Source of the DNA: Takakia lepidozioides | Lineage: Eukaryota > Plantae > Bryophyta | Reading direction: 5' to 3' | NCBI GenBank assembly: GCA_030704615.1 | Contig: CM060733.1 | Coordinates: 19,158,001 to 19,222,000, forward strand | Length of the DNA stretch: 64,000 nt | Shown here: one piece after another, positions 46,169 through 57,762 of the stretch | Position numbering within the stretch: position 1 is the first letter of the stretch | Layout of the letters: each line of letters starts with the position of its first letter | Notes under the pieces: generated by a model | Database searches by the model: none | Seen by the model: the letters and a program-made list of their open reading frames with translations, nothing else | What the model was told of the DNA's origin: nothing | Translations under genes and position numbers: made by a program

Positions 46169-47905
46169 CACTCTTTCCCACATTTCATAAAGGTCCTGTT
46201 TCTCTACAGCACTTCTTTGATCAGTCAAGCCAAGCACTAAATCGTTGCAAGCTGGTGACACTATTGAATAAAAACACGTTGTACCCCATTTCTGGTTCTG
46301 GTAGCATACATTTTTCTCATGTATTGCAACTGTGCATCGAACTGCTGGTGCTAAATTGTGTTACCGAATATCTTGAGGGGTGTTTTGTATGTGCTTTCAG
46401 CCTTTGCGAATCGCTGGTCACTAGTTATAGTGTCAAGGTCATCAAGTGTTATCCAGTGTTACCTGCTGTGGTCTGTAACAATGTCACTCTTGGGTAGCCT
46501 CGGAAGCGTGGGATTCTTGAAAGAGATTTGAAGTACACCAATCTGATCCAAACAAGTAGGCATGTATCTCATCTCTTAGCCCTTATCTAGTCATCATGTC
46601 AGTCTAAGAGGAGAGAAGATGGCCACAAGCAATGCATTCACTGTCAAGCGCTGTCTCAAAGTTCAACATGGCCTTGGGAACAGCCAATCTACCACAGCTC
46701 GACAAAATTTGAAGCTAATGAAAGGCTCACTAGAGAATCTGAAAGCAAGTTTTCCAATGTCTTCTTCTGTCTCTCCATTCCTGCTTTTGCATCCACAGTA
46801 CAGCAAGTGTGGCTCAGTGAGTGCATCTTGCTCACGACACCAGCCATGATGCACAGTGGTGATGGAGGTTCTGGGTCCAATTTCACAAAGGCACACCCAC
46901 GCTACTGGAAGTGCTATAATCTACTGCTGTGAAACATTAGAGCAGTGAACCCACGAGGCTTGTCAGTATGGTACCGTCTATATCTTGTTCTTCAATGGTC
47001 TCTTGGAATGTTTGAATGATCTCTCCTTGGCATATTATTTGCAATTCCTGCACTTGCGACGAGATTGTCCGCTTAAATTCCTCTGGACTTACTTTTGTAC
47101 GTTTGAACTGTCATCTTCACCTTTACATATTTGGCTCATGCAACTTGCAGCTTCACTATGCAGAATTTGACTACCTTGCAAGTCACCCCTCTCTATTATG
47201 CTCGCCTCTCATGACCTTCTTGAATCTACTTCCACCCTTTAAAAAATGGTGGGAGTTATATTTGCACTCTCACCCCAAATCTTCCATGTGAATGGTGAAT
47301 TTTCATGGGAGACTAGACAATGACCAGTCAATACCTAGTGACTCTACTGCACAGTTATAAGTAATTCCATGAATTCAAAGAAGGTATACAGGAGTGAGCC
47401 TGCAAAAGTTCCTGATTGCAGGTCACTGGACCCAACCTGTTTCCAAAATTGAAGAGTCTGTTCTTTGATCCGAAAATGTGCAGGCTTACTTAGACTGTGT
47501 GTGTCAAGAAATGTTTCCTAGGAATCATTTATCTCCTTAAGAAAGGTAGGTTTTGTGCCTCAGCATGCAACATAGTCAGTCAATTTGCAGAAGGATTGGT
47601 AATGGAAGTTCTGCTCTCAGGATCTCATAACAGACGAACAGATGAAGGGTGATTTGTCTCCTAGCTAGGGCGCTTCTTTAAAACATGGAAAACACCATTA
47701 TCAAGCTTTACAAATTGGAAACCTTAATAACCTGAGCCTCAAGCTTACACTTAGTCTCTGTTATCCATCTAGTCTTAGCAACTCCAATTTCCAACTACCC
47801 ATGCTGGAAATTTCTACTGATCGTTCCAGTTTTTCCTCACCTTTCTCATTCGCCAGAATCACAATAAGTTGGAGTATCAATTAGGATTAGAGGTCCCAAC
47901 AAATT

Positions 47906-50900
47906 CTAGGCTACAATCTCAGATCCACCCGCTTCAAGTTCCTTTAAGATTGCGATTTCTGCCCTTTGCGTCAAAATCTTGTTGTTATGGATCTACTCTT
48001 GAACAAAATTGTTGGAGGGAGCATGTGTAGCCAGCATCTTAGCCTGTGCCCACATGATTTCATTTCTTGCATTGCCACAACTTGTGCATTGAATTTCTGT
48101 ATTGGAATGTAATCCTGAACTTTTGAGTCATTAGACCAGCACTGCAATGAGATGGAGAAAAAGAGGGAAGAATGTGCCTGCTCATGGCATTGCTCTTTCA
48201 ACTCGTGGTAAGAAGCTACAAGCCTGTTGCAACGCACGTGGTGGTCTAACTGCAGCGGCCCTCCTGGTTTTGGATGTGGTGGTCCCATGGCCTTTCCCAT
48301 GACGCAGACATGCAGAGTTTGTCAGAGCAGGAAGGGAAGTGGGCTAGCTTCCCATTGATTGCAGTGCATGCCTTCAATGGATTGGAGATCCCAAAGTGAA
48401 ACACTTCAAGGGATGGATGCCATCCTAGTGGTGATAGTGACTAATGAATCTTACCAATGTTAATGGAAGAAGCCCCTAGAATACCCATTTGGCAATGCAA
48501 CTCCACCTGCTACTAGTTGGACCGTGCAGCATAGCCTCCAACATTGGCTAAGGGGCTAAGCCTAGGAGTTTGTCATCAACCACTATTTTTGAATGCAAAT
48601 CAACTTTAATGTGGCCAATTCCCTCACAAGTGGGCTACATGTTCTGAGGACATGCATCTGCTGTATGTTTAATCACCTAACAATGTGCATAGCAAAAATC
48701 ACAAATATGCCTACAAACAAGAGCAAGGATCCTAGTGAGAGACATGAAAACAGAGGCCTTTCTTTCCATACCTGTCGGGCAGCTGCAAGTTCTATAGTTA
48801 GAGCTTGGATCAGGAGATCGTCATTTGTGCTTTTTCCCAAAAGTAGTCCCATCTTCTGCCTTGCCCCCCTTATCTGTCACATTTCCAGAGAAACTATGTG
48901 GAAACTAGTGAGAACTTGATGCCAGTCTTACATAGACCCTGTAGGATAGATGTATCAGCTGTTTGCAAGTCATGGTAATGGCATTATAAATGTCATTATC
49001 AATATTCAGAAAGGAATTATCAGCAAGTAGATCTTTTCCTTTTGTGTTTGGCTACTGGCAAGCGAGAGCTGGCAGTATAGTAGTCTAGTATAGTGACCCT
49101 TCTACAGACTTGTCTCCAATAATAGGGTGCCTACCAAGTCCGTTAGTTCCTGTGAAGCGAAGAAGCCATCAGAGTCACAATAACTGTTCATGATGGTTTC
49201 TCATTGACCATGGAAGTAGTTTTGTTGTTGATTCTTGGCAATGTGCCCTTCTCACAGAGATTGACTAACAACCGAGACTGAGGTCCCACTGCCACACACT
49301 CAAGTTAGAGAGGGCACATCCTAAAAGAATAAGAAATAATAATGATCCAACTTGGAAGTGTTGGATACCTCTTTCTCCACGTTATTCTTACGTGCAATCA
49401 CAGCATCAAGCCTTTGCTTTTGCATCCCCCACGAAGTTCTCAAAGCCTGCATCATCATCAGAAATTTGAACAAGACCTGTTATGTTATTCACCTCAATGT
49501 CATCAAACCAACTTCTCATGGGGGGAGAACCAGCCTGGACACTGATAGTCACTGGCGGTCCCCATGACCATATGCACAGTTGAATAATGGCAGGCCACAA
49601 AACTGAAAGGTGAATGATGATCTGCCTATGAGCCTAATCCAAGGGGAGAGGAATGTTGTATTCCTGTCTTCAAATGTTGCTGCTTTCCAATGGATTGAAG
49701 GCCCCACAGAGCAATTTGATAGATTTAAACAATTTCCATTTTGAGCTCTACTGGAGGTAGCTTGCATCACAGCCAGCACTGCAATCTACTGCATATGAAT
49801 TGATCATGCTCGTACCCTTTCCAAAGTTATGGCAGTGTAGTAAACCTAGAAAACTATCTTCGCTAAATGTACCAAAAGTACCATGACTCACCAGAAAATC
49901 ATGGACCATTTTGTCATATTGTAGCCGTCGGTCCTTGTCCATTGCTTCAAGCTGGTTTCTATGAAGAATCTCAACAGTCCGATGCTCATCATTGAAAACT
50001 GTGTTGTAGCCAGGGTCAGAGGGTTGCAGCTCCTCGACTTGCACCTTCAACTCTGCAACCTTGTCCTGGAAGCATATGTATCCCATTTCAGGGGCTATGG
50101 CACTACCAAAAAGTATTAGATCATGAAAGAATGACTGGGTCAGTGGTCTCTGGCTGTGTAAGAATCATGTGTTCTGGCAATGAAGACTACACCAGTGCTC
50201 AAGTATCTCTATCCTACTCAGTGAGCCATGAATTGGTTTGTTGTTAAACGTACACCGAGATTCAGGGGTCAGCAGCATAGCAGGCATTTTTAACAACCAG
50301 TCAAGCAGGAAAGGGAATTCCATTACCCTGAGAAGAGATACTTGCTCACTACGCCCCACCCAGCCACTGCCTTCCTCCAAAACCTGGTGTCACATTCCAG
50401 TCCTTGATTTATAGGTCAAACCTGACTGCTGATCATTCTACTGTGAAGGTCTTGGCCTCTCCCCACACAACACTGAAATGAAATGAAATGGTGCTTTATA
50501 ACATCCGCGTGAATAAGCTCGCCTACCATGTGTGCATAAACCTGATCTTTTCTAACCCCTGCGATTTTTAGCAATTTAAAAACATTGAAACTGTTGTGAC
50601 CATGAAGTTGAGTAACCTCTATTGCAAGGAAGAGGGAAGACAGTCCGTTCAAGTCCCACCCTTATCCCTTTTGCATATAATTATCTAGTCATGATGGTTT
50701 ACTCAACATGTTCCAAAAGAACTGGAAGTGTTAAAAGACAATGCACATGGTAACACTATCATGAGATCCAGCAAAAGGAGGAACTACTGAGATGAATTAC
50801 TTGACAATCAGATAGTGCAAGAGATCATGCAGATAGACTCCAATCAGACCAGAAACTTGTGCAACCAAGCACTGAATGAGAGAACCTTCTGAAGAGGAAT

Positions 50901-53900
50901 GTGCTCGCCAACTTCACGCTGGATGATATGATGCAGTTTCGAAATTTTGCTTTCCAAAATTGTCTGGTTTGCCTGTACCTCCAAAAGCCTCCTGTTTGTC
51001 TGACCCACACACCGATCCACTCTCCCAGCTTACAAAAAAGATGTTTGATGGTACGTTACTCAGCATTCTGGAAAGCTTCTTTGAACATTCCATATAGAGT
51101 AGAGCTGTGGTGGGCAGGGGGACCAAGGAAGCGGTGATAGTCTACTTACAACCTTGGCCAGCGATATCTACGAAGAGGAGAGAAAACAGTGAACACTAAA
51201 CCTACAACTCTACATGCAAAGAAATCTGTGAAAAATATTGTCAAGTACACTCTACATTGAGTTGACAAGGGTGGATGCATTATCTCCTATACATACACAT
51301 GTATCAAATCACAAAGCTCCATGATTGATCAATATCTCCACCCACATCTTTGTGTCATGAAACCTGACCTCTCCAAGTACAACTTGTTCACAGACAACAT
51401 ATTATGGGCTCTAACAATAAACTATTCCAGCCTAAAACATAACAAAAGGCTCATGCATGAACTAATCAGCAGAAGGGAGCAAGAGGGAAACCCTATGATA
51501 CTTGTCCACCCAGTAATCAAGACCAGCCTTGATTGAGCTCTCATCTTCTCCCCTTGGCTGAGCTCTATTCAGCAGCTGCATTCCAAAAATAGCAAAAATC
51601 CCCTTACAAACAGCAACAACACTCCCTCTCTTTCATATCTACATGAAGCTCTCCCCCTTAGAGAATATTTTGTAGTTGACTCGTACTTTCTTGGTTTGTT
51701 GTGGCTGGGTGTTGCGGGCCCCACTTTCTTGTTTCTTGTTTCCTTTATTCCATTAGATGCTACCCAGATGTTCTTTAGTTTCATGTCATTTCATTTGAGT
51801 CATTTCTTTCTCTGCACCATAGGCTAAACTGTGATTCTACTAGCGCAAAATTCTGCAATGTTGCTGAAATTGTGGCTATTTGACCACAGAACTTGCACAA
51901 AGCACCACTGGTTTGCACCATGCTGGAAATTCTGCAAACCTTTTTATTCTGGCCATGACAGTGGCACCAGAAGGGAGCCACTGGCTACACTATGTTTGAG
52001 GACTTCTTAGCAGTCTTGTACTATGACAGTGATAAGCAATCTCCTATAATGACTAGGAATCAGTGATCTTGAGCTTGGTTAGCATCCAACAAGCACACGG
52101 AGCATTGGGTTTGAATTGAACTAAGGGAATTTTGGAGTCTAAGATCTTCCTGTATGAAGCTCATTTACATGGTCCCAAACATATGGTTGCACCCCCTCAG
52201 CTTTCTATCAGCCAACAAAGAGTTTCTTAGTTTTTCTAACCCACCATCTCTGGAAAGGGTAGAAATGCCATCCGCCATTGCTGAATATAATTCACAAGTT
52301 CAATTGATTACACCACTGACAAAACAGGACTACAACCTTCACATAAGAAGATAAATTTGAGATAGAAACTGGGAATTAATTCACCTCCTGTTGTAAGACT
52401 GCAAATGCCTGTCTTGTTTTGTTGTTACGAGTTCGCTCCCTCTCCAATTGCATATTAAGGAGCCGGTTCTATCACGCAAGAGCAACACTCCTCACTATTG
52501 CATTCATTTGGCATGTTATTTGAAGCAGAGACTTATGACTTGCCAAATTGGTAGGGTTTCCCTCCTTTGCATGAAACCTTCCGGTAAGAGACCCACAACC
52601 AATGGTCCTCCTACCCAAATTCTGGTGATCTCATATACATGAAGGAATAATCATTGGAAAGCACCGTGTATTAATGAAGCATGAGGGCCTGCACCTCATA
52701 TTATGTATCATTCCAGATAATGCCAAGAACATTGAATGTGGGGTCGGGTGTTAGCATCTTGCATGCCAGTCTCCAAAAAACACAAGTATATGGAAACAGT
52801 GTGACAAGTATATTCTGTCGCTTCATGCCTGAATGTTGTGTCCCCACATACCTCCTAATGTCCAGTTGACTTACATCTACTGAACAAACACCATCAGTGC
52901 AGAAGTAGTAACTATAACATACTACTGGTGGAAGTATGTGAAATTCATGGTGATTTTAAGAATTGGAGACAACACCACCACGATAACGACTAAAAATAAA
53001 TAATGCCAGTCATTACCAAAGAGTGGAAAAGTACCTTCTTAAACAAGTCTAGGATCTTGGACTCTCTTAGGTCACCTTCTCCACTCCCAATGATGGCTAA
53101 CACCTCCCTGCGAGTGTTGCAGGCGCAATGAGCATCTCCCTTCAACATGCAAAGTTATGTGAACCAAATGGCACAGAAATTACAGACCTTATTGTCACCC
53201 ACGATCTTGTAGCTGGAATAACAGTGCCTAGATTCCTGAGCAATGTATGCATACATTGGAGGTCTGGCAAATCTGCTGCTTGAAGGCTCATTGGTCAAAG
53301 CCTGTTTACTATGTTCTTTCAATAGTTGGATAGGATAGCTAATGAGTCAGATAGGATTGCGATGTTAAATTCCTTGGAAGAGAGCTTAATTATTCATGGC
53401 TTTCAAGTCTTGATTGGTTAACTGGCTATGCACCAGCAAACACTTTGTGTGGCTATATACCAACTGCACCCTTTTAAGGTTAGCCCTAAGTAGTAATAGC
53501 AACCTGGGATTCCATGAACATTTCGCCAGACACCTGCTAAGAAACTGCAACAAGGAAGTCTAACCACCCAATTGTGCTCAACATGTATTCAAAACTGGTT
53601 TCGCATTACCAAAGAGGTGTTAGTCACCAAACGGCTGATAGTCCAAAACTGTCTGTAATGCAGTGAGAGGCGCAATGTGCATAATCTCGCAGATAGGACA
53701 TTTTTTCATTTTGAAATGGCTAAGACTGTGTATCCATACTATAGCCTGTCAACATCTTAAGCCACGCAGTTTTTATTAATGTGTGAAAGAGATACTTGGA
53801 GTACCTTAGTTTTATGATTTCATCAGCCTGTTCATCGAGTTGTTCTTGCAGAGGATTTACTTCCGGTACCTGCATTAATTTATGGGATTTGATAAGAATG

Positions 53901-54405
53901 GCTGGCAAAGTGTTACTACCTCCGATATCGCACGTACCATTTCGAAGCCTGCGATACAATCTGAAGCAAGAACTCACCTCCCGTAGAACCCCGAAGTTTT
54001 TACGTTTACTTCTGTAGGTGGGCCTTCTATACTACCACTTGGTCATGTTGGCCGCTCGCGGTTGATAGAGGGAAATAAACATTAGGAGAGAAGGGTTTAA
54101 TTTCAGGGTTGCGCTAGGGCAAACAAAGGCTGCCAAAAAAATGTTCTTGGCACAAGAGGCGTCCAGCGGACAGGGGTTTAAAGTCTGTCTGCACAAAATC
54201 ATGGCCACTATTCGGAGTTTGAATCCGCAGGACAGTTTCTTCCATTGCAGAGTCTTAAAAAACTGAATGTGGACTGAAGGAAGGGGGATACGGAGAAAGA
54301 GAGAACTGCAGCCGCAGCCGCAGCCGCTTCTTCAGCTGCTTTCATTTCAGCTTCTTTCTTGGCTGCTTCATCGGCCTTTATCGATAATTTTTTCTTTGGT
54401 GCCAT
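47906..54405 (-). CDS. CCDC13: CCDC13-like coiled-coil ciliary/centriolar protein, about 12 small exons
   Basis: Exons mostly missed by the ORF track: 53107-53035 (GDLRESKILDLFKK), 52468-52385 (NRLLNMQLERER), 51575-51492, 50999-50886 (HIIQREVGEHIPLQK), 50383-50327 (GWVGRSEQVSLLR), 50065-49892, 49446-49369 (RLDAVIARKNNVEKE), 48873-48772 (LLGKSTNDDLLIQAL). These are colinear with CCDC13 motifs as recalled (TKIVELSKKNRLL, LAREVGED, WRGRAQQI, KGRHDDELIDAL). Terminal exons are uncertain. Confidence 0.8.
50474..50521 (-). mobile_element. About 50-bp 3' terminus of LINE family A
   Basis: Reverse strand CGAGCTTATTCACGCGGATGTTATAAAGCAC(CATTT)3CA, nearly identical to 2704-2748. In a CCDC13 intron. Confidence 0.85.
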
Positions 54406-55182
54406 GATGGCACCTGACTTGGATAGTGAAGTTAATGTGGGTAAATGGACCCCGAATCAAGTCTTGAAAATTCGGTGGCGGATCAACAATTATGAGCCCT
54501 AGGAAATCTGTGAGGTCTGGTCGTCTGGTCCTGATTCAGATTCGTGGGTCGTTGGCCTCTGAATCGACCCTATACCCGTGTATGCAATCACAGCGCCAAA
54601 CCCATGTCTGTGTTATGCTCTCTACGTCTCCCTTTACTATCCATATATGGGAGCCCTGAATAAATTCTACCACGAGAAATCCTGAAGCAGCAAACGGCCC
54701 AAGACGCCCAAGAATGAAAAAATCCTCTTTTCCGATTAGAGTGGAGTAGCGAGCGCGAAGAGATTTCACTTCTGGCAGGAACGAAGACAGACGCAGGCAA
54801 AGTAATGGTGAACGCAACGATGAACTGGGACTTTACCATGACAAATGCAGCAGAAACGTTTAAGAAGAAACACTCACAAACATTGAGAAGACAGAACAGC
54901 TAATCGTATAACGTCAAACAAGCGAAAGAAACGAAGAACCCAAACACAAGATTTCAAAAACTGATACTCAGAGAGCGAGAGAGGCAAACTTGTGATTGAA
55001 TTTGCCTTCCATTTGCGAGAGAGGGGAAGGGGAGGCTGGGCGCCCACAAACCCAACAATCTCAACCATCCATCGGGATCCGACGGCCCACACTAGGGAAC
55101 CTTAAACTACGTCATTAACGTTAAACTATTTGAAACTAACGACGCATGTACGCCGTCGATTCTTGATCGACTAAACAACCCA

Positions 55183-56077
55183 TTTTATTTTATTTTTATT
55201 ATTTTATTTTAAGGGGATGAAGCCCCGATAATTTATTTCTGGGGAAAAAATAAACCCCTGTGGGGCCATAAGGCATACACACCTTTCGGTGAGGGCGAAC
55301 CCGAGATACTTTTAACAACGAGAAAACCATCCGAGTGGATGAAAGTATTAACTCAAGAGGTACCCCTAGAGCCTGGCTATGGCTTGGCTATGGCTCACGA
55401 GATGCGAGCTTTCAAGAGAGAGAGAAGAATTGCGACGGGAGATTGTCAACAATGGAAGATGGGTTCTACAACAGCGATGAAGAGAAAACCCCATTACATG
55501 CAGCATACAGACGGAGAGCAGTCTGGACCGTCTGCTATAGGGGAAGAAGAAGCGTAGAATAAGCATTGATCTGGCAAGCAATGGAGGAGAAAAGTGGGGA
55601 AGTGCAGACAGGGATCTACGAAGGAAAGGGAGCCTGGACCGGCTGCAAATTGGGATTTCAGATAACCTCTGAACTCTGAAAAGTAACTATACGAGAGAGA
55701 AAGGACAGACAAGGGCGGAACTAAGTGAAAGGAAAAAAAAAAAAAAAAAAAAAAAATTGCCGCTCGCAAAGAGGAAGCCTGCATGGAGATCTACTAGTCG
55801 CAGCAGAGTCTGGTGGAGCGCTTCCCAATATGCTTCCGTTGACCTCCCTTTCAAATTCGGGTGATTCAAGGCGGCGAAGTTGCTGCGAACTGCCAGGAGT
55901 TTGGTGGGCTTTTGGACCATTGACAGCTTGACGTCGAAGAGCAGCTGCATAGGAACTCGTTTCTGCCCCCAAGATCTTTGGAATTTCCTGAGGAGCCCCG
56001 GTTCAGCCTCTGGATCCCTGCTGATGTCTGCATGCATTTTAACCCAAGCCTTTCTTGCCTCAATCTGGACCTCATGA
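55183..56077 (-). mobile_element. 3' fragment of an L1-like LINE (ORF2 C-terminus, long 3'UTR, A-rich tail)
   Basis: The reverse strand gives EVQIEARKAWVKMH..LRKFQRSWG/RNEFLC..CQW (frameshifted), resembling plant L1 ORF2 tails. Ends with a GGGGCTTCATCCCC hairpin and an (AAAAT)n-like tail. No TSD found. Confidence 0.5.
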
Positions 56078-57145
56078 AATATTGTAGACAGTAAAACAGA
56101 GAGACAACCTCTCTCGATTTAGAGTATTTAAATCGTATCTAAATTCGTACTTTATAATACCTTCTTCCCTCCTATAATACACTACTGAAGGTTATGTGCT
56201 CTTCATCATCTGTAAGGTTCACAGATTTCTCTTCTACCAGAAAGTTACTCTTTGCTGTATTATTTTGAAAGCCAAGCAGGCGGCTTCAACCTGAATTCAG
56301 TAGAGCAGAGACTCTTCAACATTGTGGACTGGACTGCATCTACTACCAGCAACCAACTCATGCAAGCTGCTCAATGTGTATCAGAAAGAAAAAGTAGCAG
56401 ACATTAGGCATGGGACTTGCAAGGTTTTTAGTTTTGCTCAAGTGGTGAATGCATGCGGCAAAAACCCTTTTACAGCAAACAGTCAGGTAGAAACTAGAAA
56501 CACTGAATCAAGTGTCCGTAATTCAACTCAAAAGAATATATCAAAGGAACACTACCCTGATCATTATGGCTGGGAATTATGCTTTGCATCAAGAGCAATG
56601 AAGACAAAAATACTGTTAAGAGTTGCATTGGATGGCAAGACCCCAGAGCTCTTGGGCTCTGGATAATGATCGATAATAAAATGGCCTTATGAGGAAGCAA
56701 GCACACTGCTAGCTTAGTCTCTACAGGTCACAATGCTACTCTCTCTTGCTCTGTTTCTCTCCTTCTCTCTCCAATGTACATATCAATCTCAGCAACTCGG
56801 GCAGAAATTTTGCCCGATTGACCCAGCAACCCTTCTTCTCATGTCCTCCCAAGCACCTGGCCAGCTAAAATCAACACATCAGCATCTTCCACTCTGAGAT
56901 CGAAACTTGAGGGTCAGATGCCAGACTCAACACAGGCAGAGAATTGCAACCATGTGAGCAACATGCAGAAATGGAGACAACACAAATTGTTTCTCCTGCC
57001 GTGTATAAGAGACTATAGGTTGATACTACTGTCTTCAGAGGCTACTCATCTTTGTCAAAGGATTCAGTCATGGGCTGAAATGCTTAGCTTCATGAGGCCA
57101 TCCCTTTGAGCAGCCATTCAGGGCTACTCTATTTTGGTTTTCAGC

Positions 57146-57590
57146 CCACTCTTGGCACTAGACTGAAATTTAAACTCAGGGCGGGAAGCCTGCCTTTGAA
57201 CAGCAAACAGAAGCAGAGAGGAAAGGGAGAGTGCAATTGCCCGTTGTGTGGGCAACCTGAAGACAATATTCATTTTCTGATTCATTGTCCGGGGTTCTCT
57301 CACCAGAGAGACGCTCTCTTCAAATCTATCAAGGGAATTGTGCCTGTACCTCTGTTTACCAACTTTGAAAGTCTCGAGGCTGAGCCAAAAGCCCAGGCAC
57401 TTTTGGGGCCTAGTTATTGGGCAAACCACACACAGCAGGTTGATGCTTGTGTAAAGGTAAGTCCAAGGTAAGTCTTACTACCAGCGTCAGCCCCTGACAA
57501 AGGTAAGTTGCTGTCCCTTTGTGTTCCGCTCAAACTGGACGCGGGGTTAATGGCCACAAGGCTACGGCAAACAACGTCTTATGAGTACAT
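57146..57590 (+). mobile_element. 445-bp 3' fragment of LINE family B with 18-bp TSD
   Basis: Closely matches about 24973-25454 with one internal deletion ([23 protein letters not shown]). Ends GAGTACAT. TSD TCTATTTTGGTTT(T/G)CAGC at 57128-57145 and 57591-57608. Confidence 0.93.
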
Positions 57591-57762
57591 TCTATTTTGG
57601 TTTGCAGCTGTTTCTTTGTTTACTCTGCATTCTTGTCCCACATGCTCTTCGACCTTCCTGTGGATGTCATTATTTCTCAAATTCTCTGATTCTCTCTCCC
57701 ACTCCGGGTAGACACTTACATCTGTGAAATAGATGTTGGGTCTCAGCAACTCTACCTGCGTT

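Noticed and set aside
46166-46250. Stop-codon read-through giving 6PGD a cryptic PTS1
   Set aside because: The stop is TAA in a non-leaky context, and the extension ends in AKH, which is not a PTS1.
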